Source: a virus. Taken from it: a stretch of 64,000 bases of DNA. A model generated the notes under the pieces. It was given only the letters and a program-made list of their open reading frames with translations. It had not been told where the DNA came from and searched no databases. This document shows, piece after piece, positions 7,141-16,728 of this stretch. Location: IMG/VR virus record IMGVR_UViG_3300020000_000011, positions 32,596 through 96,595 of that record, one strand, 5' to 3'. The translations under genes were made by a program, and so were the position numbers. Each line of letters begins with the position of its first letter. The first letter of the stretch is position 1.

Positions 7141-9132
7141 ATGGATGCTTTCGCAGATCGTCTGGCCCGGCTCGCAGAGTTGACACCGGATGAGATCGAG
7201 GCCCTTGAAGCCGAACTCGTTGCCGCATTCGACGCGGCCGACTCGTCCGGCGACGTGGACCTGATGCAGGCCCTCGCCGACGCACTCGACACGGTTCGGG
7301 CAGCGAAGACAGCGACGCCACCCGAAGAGGCCGCACCAGCGGCTCCCGGGCAGGCCGCGCCGGTCGCCGCAGCCGCCGACGTGCTCGACGCCGACAAGGT
7401 CCTTGCAACCGACGTTCCCGAGGTACCCGAGGTCCCGACCCCGGACGTACCAGAGGCACCCGCACCCGGCGAGGTGCCTGCGGAGCCAGAGGCTCCCGAA
7501 GGCGCACCAGCGGAACCCGCGGACCCAGCAGTCCCCGCCACCGACGACGAGATCCTGAAGGCCCTCGTGAAGCTGACCGAAGCCGAACTGAAGGCTCTCG
7601 CTCTGCTCCCCGAAGAAGACCGGCAGGCGCTCGCACAGATGGCGATCGCAGCACAAACACCAATCCCCACGGAGGCGGAGCAGGTCGCTCCCGAACTGGA
7701 GCCACAGGAGGAACCACCCGTGTCAACCGCAGTGGTCACGCAATCAGACGTGCCGGACGCCAACAAGCCGGTCCCTGTGGCCGCATCGGCGATGCCGTTC
7801 ACCATCACAGCCGGTGGAGACATCCCCGGCGTGACATCAGGTCAGAAGCTGGACGGCATGGATGATGTCGTCGAAGCAATGACGAAGAAGATCAACTCGA
7901 TGCGCGGCGTCGGTGGTGATGGCGAGTACGTCATCGTTGCCTCGCTCCGTCGAGATGAGGATGCCGTCGACGAAGACAAGATGCTTCGCAAGTCGGATCC
8001 CGAGGGGAACTCGCAGAAGATCCGCAAGTTCCTTCAGGAGAACGGCTCCCGCGAGGCGATGACCGCCGCCGGTTGGTGCGCCCCGCGCACGCCGCTGTAC
8101 GACATCCCGGGCATCGGTTCGACCGATACCCCGGTGGCCGACAGCATGGCGTCGTTCGGTGTCGACCGTGGTGGCATCATCTGGACCGAGCCGCCGTCGA
8201 TCGGTGGCGTGATCGCCTCGATGGGCGCCAACGCATTCGTGCGTTGGGACCCGAACGCAGCGACCGGCTCGATCGCCCAGACCGGCGTCATCGGCACCAC
8301 GCCGACCGTCCCGGCCGACACGAAGCCGTGCATCGACATCACCTGTGGTGTCGAGCGCCACGCAGACCTGATCGCCTTGCCGATGTGCTTGTGCTTCGAT
8401 CTGCTCTCCAGCCGGACGAACCCCGAGTTCGTCAAGGCCGCAACCGATCTCGTGCAAGTCGCCCAGGCGCACTTCAAGGAGCAGTACCTGTTGGCCGCGA
8501 TGTGGAGCGCCCCCGGCGTTGTCAACCACTCCGCCGCCAACATCTACGGCACCCCCGACGTCAAGGTCGGCATCGCCCGCGACTGGCTGATCACGATCCG
8601 CGTCGTGGCCGCACAGTTCCGTTGGCGCAACCGCCTCTCGGCAACCCAGCAGGTTCGTGTGTACGCACCGGCATGGTTGCGTGACGCAGTCGCAGCCGAC
8701 CTGATGTTGCAGATGCCCGGCGACGACACGATGTCGACGTCGTACGCAGAAGTCGACGGCTACCTCGACGATGCCAACATCGACCCGGTGTGGTTCATCG
8801 ACGACGTCCCGGCAGTCGGCGACAACGTCGTGGCCGCGACAGCGAACTTCGATTCGTACCTCGGGTTCCCGCTCAACGCCGAATGGTTGGTGACCACGCC
8901 AGGCGTGTTCACCCGCCTCGACGGTGGCCAGGTCGACCTGGGTGTCGTGCGGACCAAGGACGACGTGCAGAAGAACAAGTTCTGCGAGTTCGCAGAGACG
9001 TTCGAAACGGTCGCCTACATGGGGCCGCAGGACGCGGCCAACGCATGGGCGGTTCGTGGCACGACACCGGTGCTGATCGCTGGGGCAACGGCTCTCGGCG
9101 TGAACACAGCCACCGGCGTCATCAACGAGTAA
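7141..9132 (+). CDS. major capsid (hexamer-type) protein with N-terminal scaffold-like region
   Basis: Acidic Pro/Ala-rich N-terminus, then TAAGWCAP..LYD...VDRGGI...DGGQVDLGVVRT...N.F..FAETFE as in cluster-B-type actinophage capsids. Confidence 0.85.
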   Translation: MDAFADRLARLAELTPDEIEALEAELVAAFDAADSSGDVDLMQALADALDTVRAAKTATPPEEAAPAAPGQAAPVAAAADVLDADKVLATDVPEVPEVPTPDVPEAPAPGEVPAEPEAPEGAPAEPADPAVPATDDEILKALVKLTEAELKALALLPEEDRQALAQMAIAAQTPIPTEAEQVAPELEPQEEPPVSTAVVTQSDVPDANKPVPVAASAMPFTITAGGDIPGVTSGQKLDGMDDVVEAMTKKINSMRGVGGDGEYVIVASLRRDEDAVDEDKMLRKSDPEGNSQKIRKFLQENGSREAMTAAGWCAPRTPLYDIPGIGSTDTPVADSMASFGVDRGGIIWTEPPSIGGVIASMGANAFVRWDPNAATGSIAQTGVIGTTPTVPADTKPCIDITCGVERHADLIALPMCLCFDLLSSRTNPEFVKAATDLVQVAQAHFKEQYLLAAMWSAPGVVNHSAANIYGTPDVKVGIARDWLITIRVVAAQFRWRNRLSATQQVRVYAPAWLRDAVAADLMLQMPGDDTMSTSYAEVDGYLDDANIDPVWFIDDVPAVGDNVVAATANFDSYLGFPLNAEWLVTTPGVFTRLDGGQVDLGVVRTKDDVQKNKFCEFAETFETVAYMGPQDAANAWAVRGTTPVLIAGATALGVNTATGVINE

Positions 9133-9165
9133 TCCCGACCACTCTGAAACCGGAGGAATTGAACG

Positions 9166-10143
9166 ATGGCAAGCAGAGATGGTGCGGCGAGCATCCAGGG
9201 CGAGATGATTCGCATTACGCCGTTGTACCTCGACGGCTCAATCGACCCAACACGCCCAATCCTCACCACCAACGGGTTCATCACGGCCTCGTTCGGTACC
9301 GAGTTCGAAGACGGCGACGAGATCACAGAGAAGGCCGCAGACGGCACGATCTGCATCCAGTACAAGGCCGACGACTCGATGAAGGGGATCACCTTCAACC
9401 TGTCGTTGTGCACGCCTGACCCGGAAGCCGCGGCGCTGTTGGCTGGTGGCAAGATCATCTGTGCTGCCGCGGACGTCATCGAGGGCGGCAACACGGTGGT
9501 CGCCAAGGGTGAAGTCATCGGCTACTCGTCCCCACCGGTCGGCGGTACCGTCGGCAACCCGGTGGCCATCGAGATCTGGTCGAAGGCGATCGTCAAGGGC
9601 AAGCCCGCACAAGGCACCCCGTACTGGCACTGGGCGTTCCCATACGTTCGTGTCCGTTACGAAGGCGACCGCGAGTTCACCAACGGTGCGCTGGCCAACG
9701 ACTACTCGGGTACCGGTGTCGGCAACGAGGCGCTCGTCGCCGATGGGCTGAACCCGGACAACGCCGGTGACGACTTCGTGACCTACAAGGACGCGTTGAC
9801 CAACCCGTTCAGCTACGTCCGCTCGACGTCGAAGCCGGACATCTCGCTCGGTCACTGGACCGGCGGCGCCGGGGACACCGGCGACTGGGAGAAGACCACG
9901 GCCAACTCGATCTCGTGCGACGCGGTCGTGCAGGTCGGTACCGCCGGGGCAGCCAATGTCGCGGGAACCTGGTCCGCCCCGGCGAGCCGACCGGCCGACG
10001 CTGCCGCAGCGAACGCGATGGGCGCCACGGCCTCACCGACCGGCAACTGGTTGACGAACACGTTCGTGCAAGGCTCGATCGCTGGTGCGTCCGGCGAGAT
10101 GCACTGGACCGGTTCGACCTGGGCGTCTGGGCGAGGCGTCTAA
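9166..10143 (+). CDS. major tail protein with C-terminal accessory domain
   Basis: SIQGEMIRIT...EDGDEITEKAADGTIC...AIEIWSKA...YWHWAFP; RBS GGAGG; follows the capsid gene. Confidence 0.8.
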   Translation: MASRDGAASIQGEMIRITPLYLDGSIDPTRPILTTNGFITASFGTEFEDGDEITEKAADGTICIQYKADDSMKGITFNLSLCTPDPEAAALLAGGKIICAAADVIEGGNTVVAKGEVIGYSSPPVGGTVGNPVAIEIWSKAIVKGKPAQGTPYWHWAFPYVRVRYEGDREFTNGALANDYSGTGVGNEALVADGLNPDNAGDDFVTYKDALTNPFSYVRSTSKPDISLGHWTGGAGDTGDWEKTTANSISCDAVVQVGTAGAANVAGTWSAPASRPADAAAANAMGATASPTGNWLTNTFVQGSIAGASGEMHWTGSTWASGRGV

Positions 10144-10159
10144 CCCACAACACGTGAGT

Positions 10160-10211
10160 GCGAGAGTGCGTCGGCCCCCTGGCCCTAACCCCGGGGTCGG
10201 CGCACTCTCGC
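10160..10211 (+). terminator. 19-bp stem hairpin after major tail gene
   Basis: GCGAGAGTGCGTCGGCCCC / GGGGTCGGCGCACTCTCGC. Confidence 0.7.
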
Positions 10212-10268
10212 GTCTGGGGACTCGTATAGCGTGGTTGTGAAGTTGGGATACTGGGATATACTCGGGGC

Positions 10269-10709
10269 ATGACCAAGACCAAGACCCATCCACCGCCCAT
10301 CGACCTCATCCCCGAGGAACCCATGTCCACAGCCACAAAGCCCACCAAGTCCAAGGCCCGCAAGCCCCGCAAGCCAGCGAAGAAGGTCGACACCCGCACG
10401 TCGGCACTGCCCGCGCTGGAACCAGAGATGATGAACGACATCCTGCTTCAGATCCACGAGAAGGCCAAGGAAGTCGACGAAGCCCGCCTGCACCTCGACA
10501 AGATCGTTGCCGAGTCCGACGCCCTCGTGCGTGAAGCCGTCGACGACGGTGAACGGTACCGAGACATCGCCGCGTCCGCCGATCGAACGGTGCCGTGGGT
10601 GCAGATGTCGCTGCGCCGGTACGCCGGTGTGCCGACCCATCCCGCTGCGCCGATCCCGGTGTCGCGTGTTCGCCGAACCCCGGCCACCCCGGCACGGAAA
10701 GCATCCTGA
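10269..10709 (+). CDS. basic putative DNA-binding (HTH-like) protein
   Basis: Lys-rich N-terminus; LVREAVDDGERYRDIAASADRTVPWV HTH-like; leaderless TATACT. Confidence 0.65.
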   Translation: MTKTKTHPPPIDLIPEEPMSTATKPTKSKARKPRKPAKKVDTRTSALPALEPEMMNDILLQIHEKAKEVDEARLHLDKIVAESDALVREAVDDGERYRDIAASADRTVPWVQMSLRRYAGVPTHPAAPIPVSRVRRTPATPARKAS

Positions 10710-10811
10710 CCGTGTAACACCCCTGTGGTTGACTGATCCCGCTGGGACGTTGCCACATCCTGTACAACCCGCTATAGTTACTTCCAGACCCAGACAGAAA
10801 GACCCAGACCC

Positions 10812-11771
10812 ATGACCGACACATCCACCATCAACCTGCCCGATCTCGTCGGGCTGTTCTGGTCGCCGCTGGCCCACCAGGCCAACTTCTCCGACTTCAC
10901 CTCGACGTCAGCGGCGACCAGCACCGACGACCCGACCATCCCCGCCACGACCACGAGCGTCGTTGTCGAGCAGAAGGAATACCTGCGCCCGAACGGCCTC
11001 GTGTACCTGCCCCGCTCGCTGATGGTCAACGAGGTGAAGAAACAAGACGTCACCTTGGTGCGCGAGTCGATCGCCGCCGGACTCACCGTCCTGCTCTACG
11101 GCGAACCCGGCTGCGGCAAGACCGCCCTCGTCGAGGCAGCGTTCGGCGACGACCTGTACACCGTGCAGGGCACCGTCGAAACCGAGACGGCCGACTTCGT
11201 CGGTTCGTGGGTGCAGCAGCCTGACGGCACCTACCTGTGGGTCGACGGCCCGCTGATCCGTGCGGCCGAGGAAGGCAAGAAACTGCTGGTCGACGAGATC
11301 GCTCTGATCGACTCCCGCGTCATGGCCGTCGTCTACGGCATGATGGACGGCCGAGGCGAACTCGTCGTCACCCAGAACCCGCTGCGCGGCTCCGTGAAGG
11401 CCAAGGAAGGCTTCGCCGTCATCGGCGCCTGCAACCCGAACGTGCCCGGCGCCCAGATGTCCGACGCGCTGCTGTCCCGCTTCGTGATCCACGTCGAGAT
11501 GGGCACCGACTGGGGCCTGGCCACCAAGCTGGGCTGCGGATCGAAGATCATCCAGGTGACCCGCAACCTCGTCGAGAAGTACGGCCGGGGCGAGATGACC
11601 CAGGCCCCGCAGTTGCGTGAACTGCTCCAGTTCCGCGACGTGTCCGCCACCTTCGGCGAGACGTTCGCCCTCCGCAACTTCATCTCCCAGGTGCGTCCCG
11701 AGAACAGGGCGATCGCACAGGCAGCCGTCGAGGCCGTGTTCGGCAACAATGTCGCCCCGCTCACGGTGTGA
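10812..11771 (+). CDS. MoxR-type AAA+ ATPase (CbbQ/NirQ/CobS-like)
   Basis: Walker A GEPGCGKT, WVDGPL, Walker B LLVDE, ACNP, DALLSRF. Confidence 0.9.
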   Translation: MTDTSTINLPDLVGLFWSPLAHQANFSDFTSTSAATSTDDPTIPATTTSVVVEQKEYLRPNGLVYLPRSLMVNEVKKQDVTLVRESIAAGLTVLLYGEPGCGKTALVEAAFGDDLYTVQGTVETETADFVGSWVQQPDGTYLWVDGPLIRAAEEGKKLLVDEIALIDSRVMAVVYGMMDGRGELVVTQNPLRGSVKAKEGFAVIGACNPNVPGAQMSDALLSRFVIHVEMGTDWGLATKLGCGSKIIQVTRNLVEKYGRGEMTQAPQLRELLQFRDVSATFGETFALRNFISQVRPENRAIAQAAVEAVFGNNVAPLTV

Positions 11772-11824
11772 CCCGACAGATACCCCGCTATACTCCACTC
11801 CAGACCCAGACGAAAGGCAACACC

Positions 11825-12436
11825 ATGACCAGCACACCAGTCCCCAACTCACCCGGCCCCACGATCGGCACCCTGATCCGAGGCGACGTCACGATCCACG
11901 CCCGCGACGGAGCAGCCAACACGCTGCTGCTCGACAAGCTGGCAGCGATCCCGCACTGCTCCGGCTTCGTCCAGAAGGCCCGCACCGGTGAAGGCACCGG
12001 CGTCGTCGGCCTGTACATGGAAGCGGTCGTGTTCACCGCCGCCGGGGCGCCGTTCGCCCACCTCCGGTTCTTCGTCATCGACCGCCACATCTACGTGTAC
12101 AACCGCTCGGCCGGTGACACCCGGGCCAACTGGCGGATCCGCACCGAGCAGTCGCTGGCCCACGCGCTGATGGTCGTCCACGAGGCGTTGAACCGCCCGA
12201 ACGTGCGCCTCTTCGGTCACCCTGTGGTGGTCGAGTTGACCGCCGACGACCTGTCCGCCGTCGAGTCCGGCGCGATGCCACCGGCCCGGTTCCGTGGCGC
12301 CTACCGGATCGAGCGCGACTTCGGCCGCTACGACTTCGTGATGGACGTCGTGTCGAAGCCGCTCCCGGCGAAGATGGAGAAGCTGCTGTCTGATCCGTCG
12401 TGGATCGTTCCGGCCGTCACGCCCGTCTCGGTGTAG
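11825..12436 (+). CDS. hypothetical protein in MoxR-VWA cassette
   Basis: RBS GAAAGG; own promoter cassette. Confidence 0.7.
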   Translation: MTSTPVPNSPGPTIGTLIRGDVTIHARDGAANTLLLDKLAAIPHCSGFVQKARTGEGTGVVGLYMEAVVFTAAGAPFAHLRFFVIDRHIYVYNRSAGDTRANWRIRTEQSLAHALMVVHEALNRPNVRLFGHPVVVELTADDLSAVESGAMPPARFRGAYRIERDFGRYDFVMDVVSKPLPAKMEKLLSDPSWIVPAVTPVSV

Positions 12437-12478
12437 AACCCGCTATACTGACTCCAGACCTAGACGAAAGCCGATCCG

Positions 12479-14434
12479 ATGCCCCGACAAACCATCCTCC
12501 ACAACCTGCACTCCACCAACTCCAGGCTGATGGAACGCTCCGCCGACCTGAACGCTCTCTCGTTCGTCGGCACGATCGCCGGGCCAGGCAAGTACCCGCT
12601 GGCCCGCTACGTCGACAACGGTGACCTGCCGAACCCGCCAGCACCGGCGTGGTACCTGCCCGACACCGGCGACATCTACATCCACGTCGACGACGCCAAG
12701 GTCGGCAGCCCCGAACGGATCCTGGCAGCCGACATCCACAGCACCAGCCTGATATCGAACAAGCAGGCCCGCATCCTCGGCCTGCTGGCCCACGAAGCCG
12801 CACACGCCGGGATCTCCGACCGGATCACGGTCATCGAGAAGCTGGCCCCGCACCACCAGTCGCTGCTCACCGCGCTGGAAGAACTCCGAGTCGAGAACCA
12901 CGCAGTGCGTACCGCACCGCCGGTCCGCCGGTTCCTGCGGGCATCGTTCGGTCTGATCCTGGCCAACCTGCCCGACACGTTTGAGAACAACTCGCACGTC
13001 GTCCGAGCATGGATGCTGGCCCGAGGCCGGACCCTGGCCGGGGTCGCCGCACCCGACGAAACCGACGCCGTCGACACCGCCGCACGAACGCTGCTCGGTG
13101 ACGAGATCATCGACGCACTAACCGACCTGTTGCAGGAAGCGTTGACGCTGCGGCTCGACTCAGAGACGTCCCGCGCTGCGCTGCTGCGAATCTGTGACGA
13201 GTGGGTCGCACTGGTCGGCGAACCTGCCGAGTCGACAAGCTGCACCGGTTGCGCCCGACGGGCACGACCCGGCGAGAAGCCCGACGTCATCGCCGAACCA
13301 TCCACCGGCAAGGGCGAAGGCGACGACGAAGAGGGCGACGAGGGCGCAGGCTCCGGTTCCGGCGACGGCGACGAGCACTACGACGGCGACGACTTCGAAT
13401 CCGACTACGGCACCCCCGGCCAGGACGACCCGGCCGACGACTCCGATCTCGCCCACCTCGACGACGAACTACTCGACGACGAAGATGCCGAACTGCTGAA
13501 GATGCTGATGCGCGAAGTCGCCGAGACGATGGACGACGACTGGAAGAAAGACACCGACATGGTGCAACTCTCCAACGCCGCCGAGTGGGGCGCCAAGATC
13601 TTCGGCAACCGACGCAAGTCGCAGCGAGTCATCGCCAGCCAGCCGACGGCGAAAGCCCGCCAGCACGTCGTCGAGGTCGCCACGGTGCTGTCCAGCCTCG
13701 CTCTGCCCTCGATCACCAAGCAGGCCCGCCCACAGCAGGCGCCCCCAGGCCGCATGCGGTCACGAGAGGCCCTCAGAGCGTCCGCTGAGCGTGCCCAGGG
13801 CAAGATGATGACCGCCAAGCCGTGGAAGGCCACAGTGCGCCGCCACACGTCAGCCAAGCCCCTCGTGGTCGGTGTCGCCACCGACACGTCCGGCTCGATG
13901 AAATGGGCCGAGTCCGGTGTCGCCGAGTTCGCCTACGTCTACGCCAACGCCGGGCACCGCATCGGCGCCCGCACCGCCGCGGTCACCTTCGGTGATCACG
14001 TCCACCGCATCGCCCGCCCCGGCGAAGTCCTCAACGAGGTACTGACCAAGACCGCCAACGACGGCACCGAAGAGTTCGACCAGGCAATGGCGGCACTCGA
14101 CGGGGTCCTCCACCTGACCACGCCGGGCACCTCAGCACGAATCCTGATCGTCGTCTCCGACGCCCAGTACGTGAAGTCCAACGAGGCCGAGCGTGCCTAC
14201 CGCTGGGTGCAGGCGATGATCAAGGCCGGGACGCACATCGTGTGGATCACCGACCGCTCACAGAACATCGCCAGCGGCTCGTACACCCACTGGGTCCGCA
14301 AGGCGATGCTGCTCCCCGGCTTCACGCTGGTCGGCGCGTTCGACGGGGCCACCGACCGGTACACCCGCTCACACGTCGGAGTGTTCGACAAGCTGAACGA
14401 GGTCGCCCTCGCAGCGATCCGCGGCGCCGACTAG
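12479..14434 (+). CDS. CobT-like VWA domain protein with HExxH motif
   Basis: AHEAAH...LEELRVE, acidic linker, MIDAS DTSGSM, IVVSDA. Confidence 0.85.
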   Translation: MPRQTILHNLHSTNSRLMERSADLNALSFVGTIAGPGKYPLARYVDNGDLPNPPAPAWYLPDTGDIYIHVDDAKVGSPERILAADIHSTSLISNKQARILGLLAHEAAHAGISDRITVIEKLAPHHQSLLTALEELRVENHAVRTAPPVRRFLRASFGLILANLPDTFENNSHVVRAWMLARGRTLAGVAAPDETDAVDTAARTLLGDEIIDALTDLLQEALTLRLDSETSRAALLRICDEWVALVGEPAESTSCTGCARRARPGEKPDVIAEPSTGKGEGDDEEGDEGAGSGSGDGDEHYDGDDFESDYGTPGQDDPADDSDLAHLDDELLDDEDAELLKMLMREVAETMDDDWKKDTDMVQLSNAAEWGAKIFGNRRKSQRVIASQPTAKARQHVVEVATVLSSLALPSITKQARPQQAPPGRMRSREALRASAERAQGKMMTAKPWKATVRRHTSAKPLVVGVATDTSGSMKWAESGVAEFAYVYANAGHRIGARTAAVTFGDHVHRIARPGEVLNEVLTKTANDGTEEFDQAMAALDGVLHLTTPGTSARILIVVSDAQYVKSNEAERAYRWVQAMIKAGTHIVWITDRSQNIASGSYTHWVRKAMLLPGFTLVGAFDGATDRYTRSHVGVFDKLNEVALAAIRGAD

Positions 14435-14595
14435 GACGGTTCCTCGTCCACGCCCTCGGGCGGGCCGGGATGATCGTCGGGGAGTTCCGGCTCGGGAAGA
14501 TCCGGCTCGGGACCGACGGTGTGGATGATCTTCGGGTCGAGTGTCGCCGGTCCGCCGTCCTCGATCATCGGCTCCGGTTCGGGGGTGTCGCTCAT
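14431..14595 (-). CDS. small acidic Pro-rich protein
   Basis: 54-aa ORF coupled to 14592..14804. Confidence 0.4.
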   Translation of the reverse strand: MSDTPEPEPMIEDGGPATLDPKIIHTVGPEPDLPEPELPDDHPGPPEGVDEEPS

Positions 14596-14804
14596 CTGTC
14601 CAAGAGGGCGTTGCCCAACTCGTCCAGCTTCTGGTCGATCTTGTCCTGAATGGTCTGGACGCGCTGGCGAGCATCGTCGGCCAACTCGGCCAGCTTCGGC
14701 CCCACCTCGGCCTTGATCTCGGTGACCGCTTGCTTGATCTCATCGACGAGATTGCTGAGTCGGGAGTTGTCCTCTGTGGGTGTGTCTGGGTTGGTGTCTG
14801 TCAT
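14592..14804 (-). CDS. small coiled-coil protein
   Basis: TACCGT 7 nt before the ATG; heptad-like sequence. Confidence 0.6.
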   Translation of the reverse strand: MTDTNPDTPTEDNSRLSNLVDEIKQAVTEIKAEVGPKLAELADDARQRVQTIQDKIDQKLDELGNALLDR

Positions 14805-14834
14805 GGGCGCGACGGTAGCCCATAGTCTGAGCGT

Positions 14835-15242
14835 GTGGCCGAGATGGTGTTCGTCCCCAACGTCGTCAACTGGGAACGCGAGTTCAACGGGCCGACCGGG
14901 ATGGTCGCCGAACACATCCGCAAGATCGCCCTGGAAACCACCGCCGAAGCGAAGCTGGCCGCACCGAAGAAGACCTGGCAACTCACCTTCTCGATCGTCC
15001 CGTCGCCGACCGGCGCCACCGAGTGGAAGGTCGAAGCCCAGGCCCGGTACTCGCTGTTCGTCCACGAAGGCACCGCAGCGCACACGATCAAACCGAAAGG
15101 CCCCGGCTACCCGCTCAGGTTCTTCTGGCCGAAGGTCGGCAAGTGGGTGGCGTTCATGTCGGTCCGCCATCCCGGCACCAAGGCGCAACCGTTTCTCACC
15201 GACCCGCTCACCAAGATGATGCGCCGCTACACCAAGCACTGA
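14835..15242 (+). CDS. HK97 gp10-like head-tail/tail completion protein
   Basis: APKKTWQL..SI...YSLFVHEGT..HTIKPK...HPGTKAQPFL. Confidence 0.8.
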   Translation: MAEMVFVPNVVNWEREFNGPTGMVAEHIRKIALETTAEAKLAAPKKTWQLTFSIVPSPTGATEWKVEAQARYSLFVHEGTAAHTIKPKGPGYPLRFFWPKVGKWVAFMSVRHPGTKAQPFLTDPLTKMMRRYTKH

Positions 15243-15286
15243 CCCGGTTCCCGTTGGTGGAGGTGGCCGCGGACTAGCCTCGGTCC

Positions 15287-16273
15287 GTGCATGTAGCCAC
15301 GGTGCCGACGTACGAAGAGATGTGGGTCCATCCGGCGATCGTCGCCGCACTCTCCGACGGGATGTACACGTACACCCCGGCGCTGCCGTGGGATCCGCTC
15401 GTCACCTACGAAGTGGGTGAGCACGTGCTCGCCGGGGAGTGCCCGTTCGACGGCTGCATCTACACCGCGTTGCAGTCGAGCATCGGGATCGACCCGACCA
15501 CCAACGACGTCGTCTGGGACTTCAACGAAGCGTTGACCGGTGAACGGCTGCGCCTGTACACGGCAACGACGCAGGCCACATGGCTGCTCGACACGTTGAC
15601 CGGCTACCGCCTCCACGGCTACGAGTCCTGGCTGGAGGACTACCGGGTGCAGTCGTCGACGATCACGCTGCGCCGCCAACCCGTCGCAGCGGTCACCTCG
15701 GTCAAGTCGGTGCACCGCTGCAACCAGATCGGCGAAGAGATCTCCGGGTGGTGCTGGTCGGCAGCGAACCAGGTGTCGCTGGCCTGCTCCGGCGGGCAAC
15801 CGATCCCGTGGTACCCGGGGTATATCGACCCATACTACAGCGGGGGTACGATGCCGAGGCTCGGCTGCGGCTGCGACGACAACGTCGTGCGTGTCGCCTA
15901 CGACATCGAATCGAACCTCCCGCCGGGCAGCGAAGGACTGGTCGCCTGGATCGCCGTCGAGTACGGCAAAGCCGCCGCCGGACAGGCGTGCGCGCTGCCG
16001 GAACGCATCTCCAACGTCACCCGTCAAGGTGTCTCGTGGACGATCCTCGACCCGCAGGACTTCCTCGACAAGGGTTACACCGGGATGTCGCGAGTCGACA
16101 ACTGGTTGGCCCCACTGAAGATGACGTTGGGCGGCAGGATCATCGACCCGTTGCGCTCGACGCGCCTGTTCAGCCAACGCCAAGACCGCGCTCCCGCAGA
16201 GCCGATCCCACCACCGGCGTCCGGCTACGGCGCCAGCCCCTACGGCACCGGCCCCTACGGAGGATCCTCATGA
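15287..16273 (+). CDS. head-to-tail adaptor with CBM5/12-like insertion
   Basis: LPERISNVTRQGVSW...DFLDKGYTG..VDNWL; insertion WDPLVTYEVGEHV...YTAL...P...W. Confidence 0.7.
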   Translation: MHVATVPTYEEMWVHPAIVAALSDGMYTYTPALPWDPLVTYEVGEHVLAGECPFDGCIYTALQSSIGIDPTTNDVVWDFNEALTGERLRLYTATTQATWLLDTLTGYRLHGYESWLEDYRVQSSTITLRRQPVAAVTSVKSVHRCNQIGEEISGWCWSAANQVSLACSGGQPIPWYPGYIDPYYSGGTMPRLGCGCDDNVVRVAYDIESNLPPGSEGLVAWIAVEYGKAAAGQACALPERISNVTRQGVSWTILDPQDFLDKGYTGMSRVDNWLAPLKMTLGGRIIDPLRSTRLFSQRQDRAPAEPIPPPASGYGASPYGTGPYGGSS

Positions 16274-16728
16274 GCGACACCCCGCCAGTCGTCGGCCAAG
16301 AACCGTGGGGCGACGACCTCAACGCCTACCTCGCTGCGCTGGAAGCCCGCATCGCCGCCGTCGAGTCTCGGCCCGAGTACGTGTACAGCAGCTACTCGTG
16401 GCAATACTCCAGCGCCGCGCCGCCACCGACCGGCAGCCAGGTGCGGTTCAACAACGCCTCGCTGCCCGCGGCGACGATCATGGTCGCCCGGCTGATCGAC
16501 AACGACGGCGGTGACCGCACCGCCCTGTTCCGTGCTCTCGACGTCGACTCGCACATCCGCATCAACGACTGGGACGACGCCGACACCGCCCACCGGTTCA
16601 GCGTGACCGGCCCGGTGAGCATCGACGCCACCGATGTCACCATCCCCGTCGTGTGGATCTCGGGCGCCGGGACCATCCCGAACGCCAAGGTCAACGTCAG
16701 CTTCCTCGTCGCTCTGGAGGTGTTCTGA
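16270..16728 (+). CDS. virion-associated (neck fibre-like) protein
   Basis: N-terminal PVVGQEPWGDDLNAYL; coupled to the adaptor gene. Confidence 0.55.
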   Translation: MSDTPPVVGQEPWGDDLNAYLAALEARIAAVESRPEYVYSSYSWQYSSAAPPPTGSQVRFNNASLPAATIMVARLIDNDGGDRTALFRALDVDSHIRINDWDDADTAHRFSVTGPVSIDATDVTIPVVWISGAGTIPNAKVNVSFLVALEVF

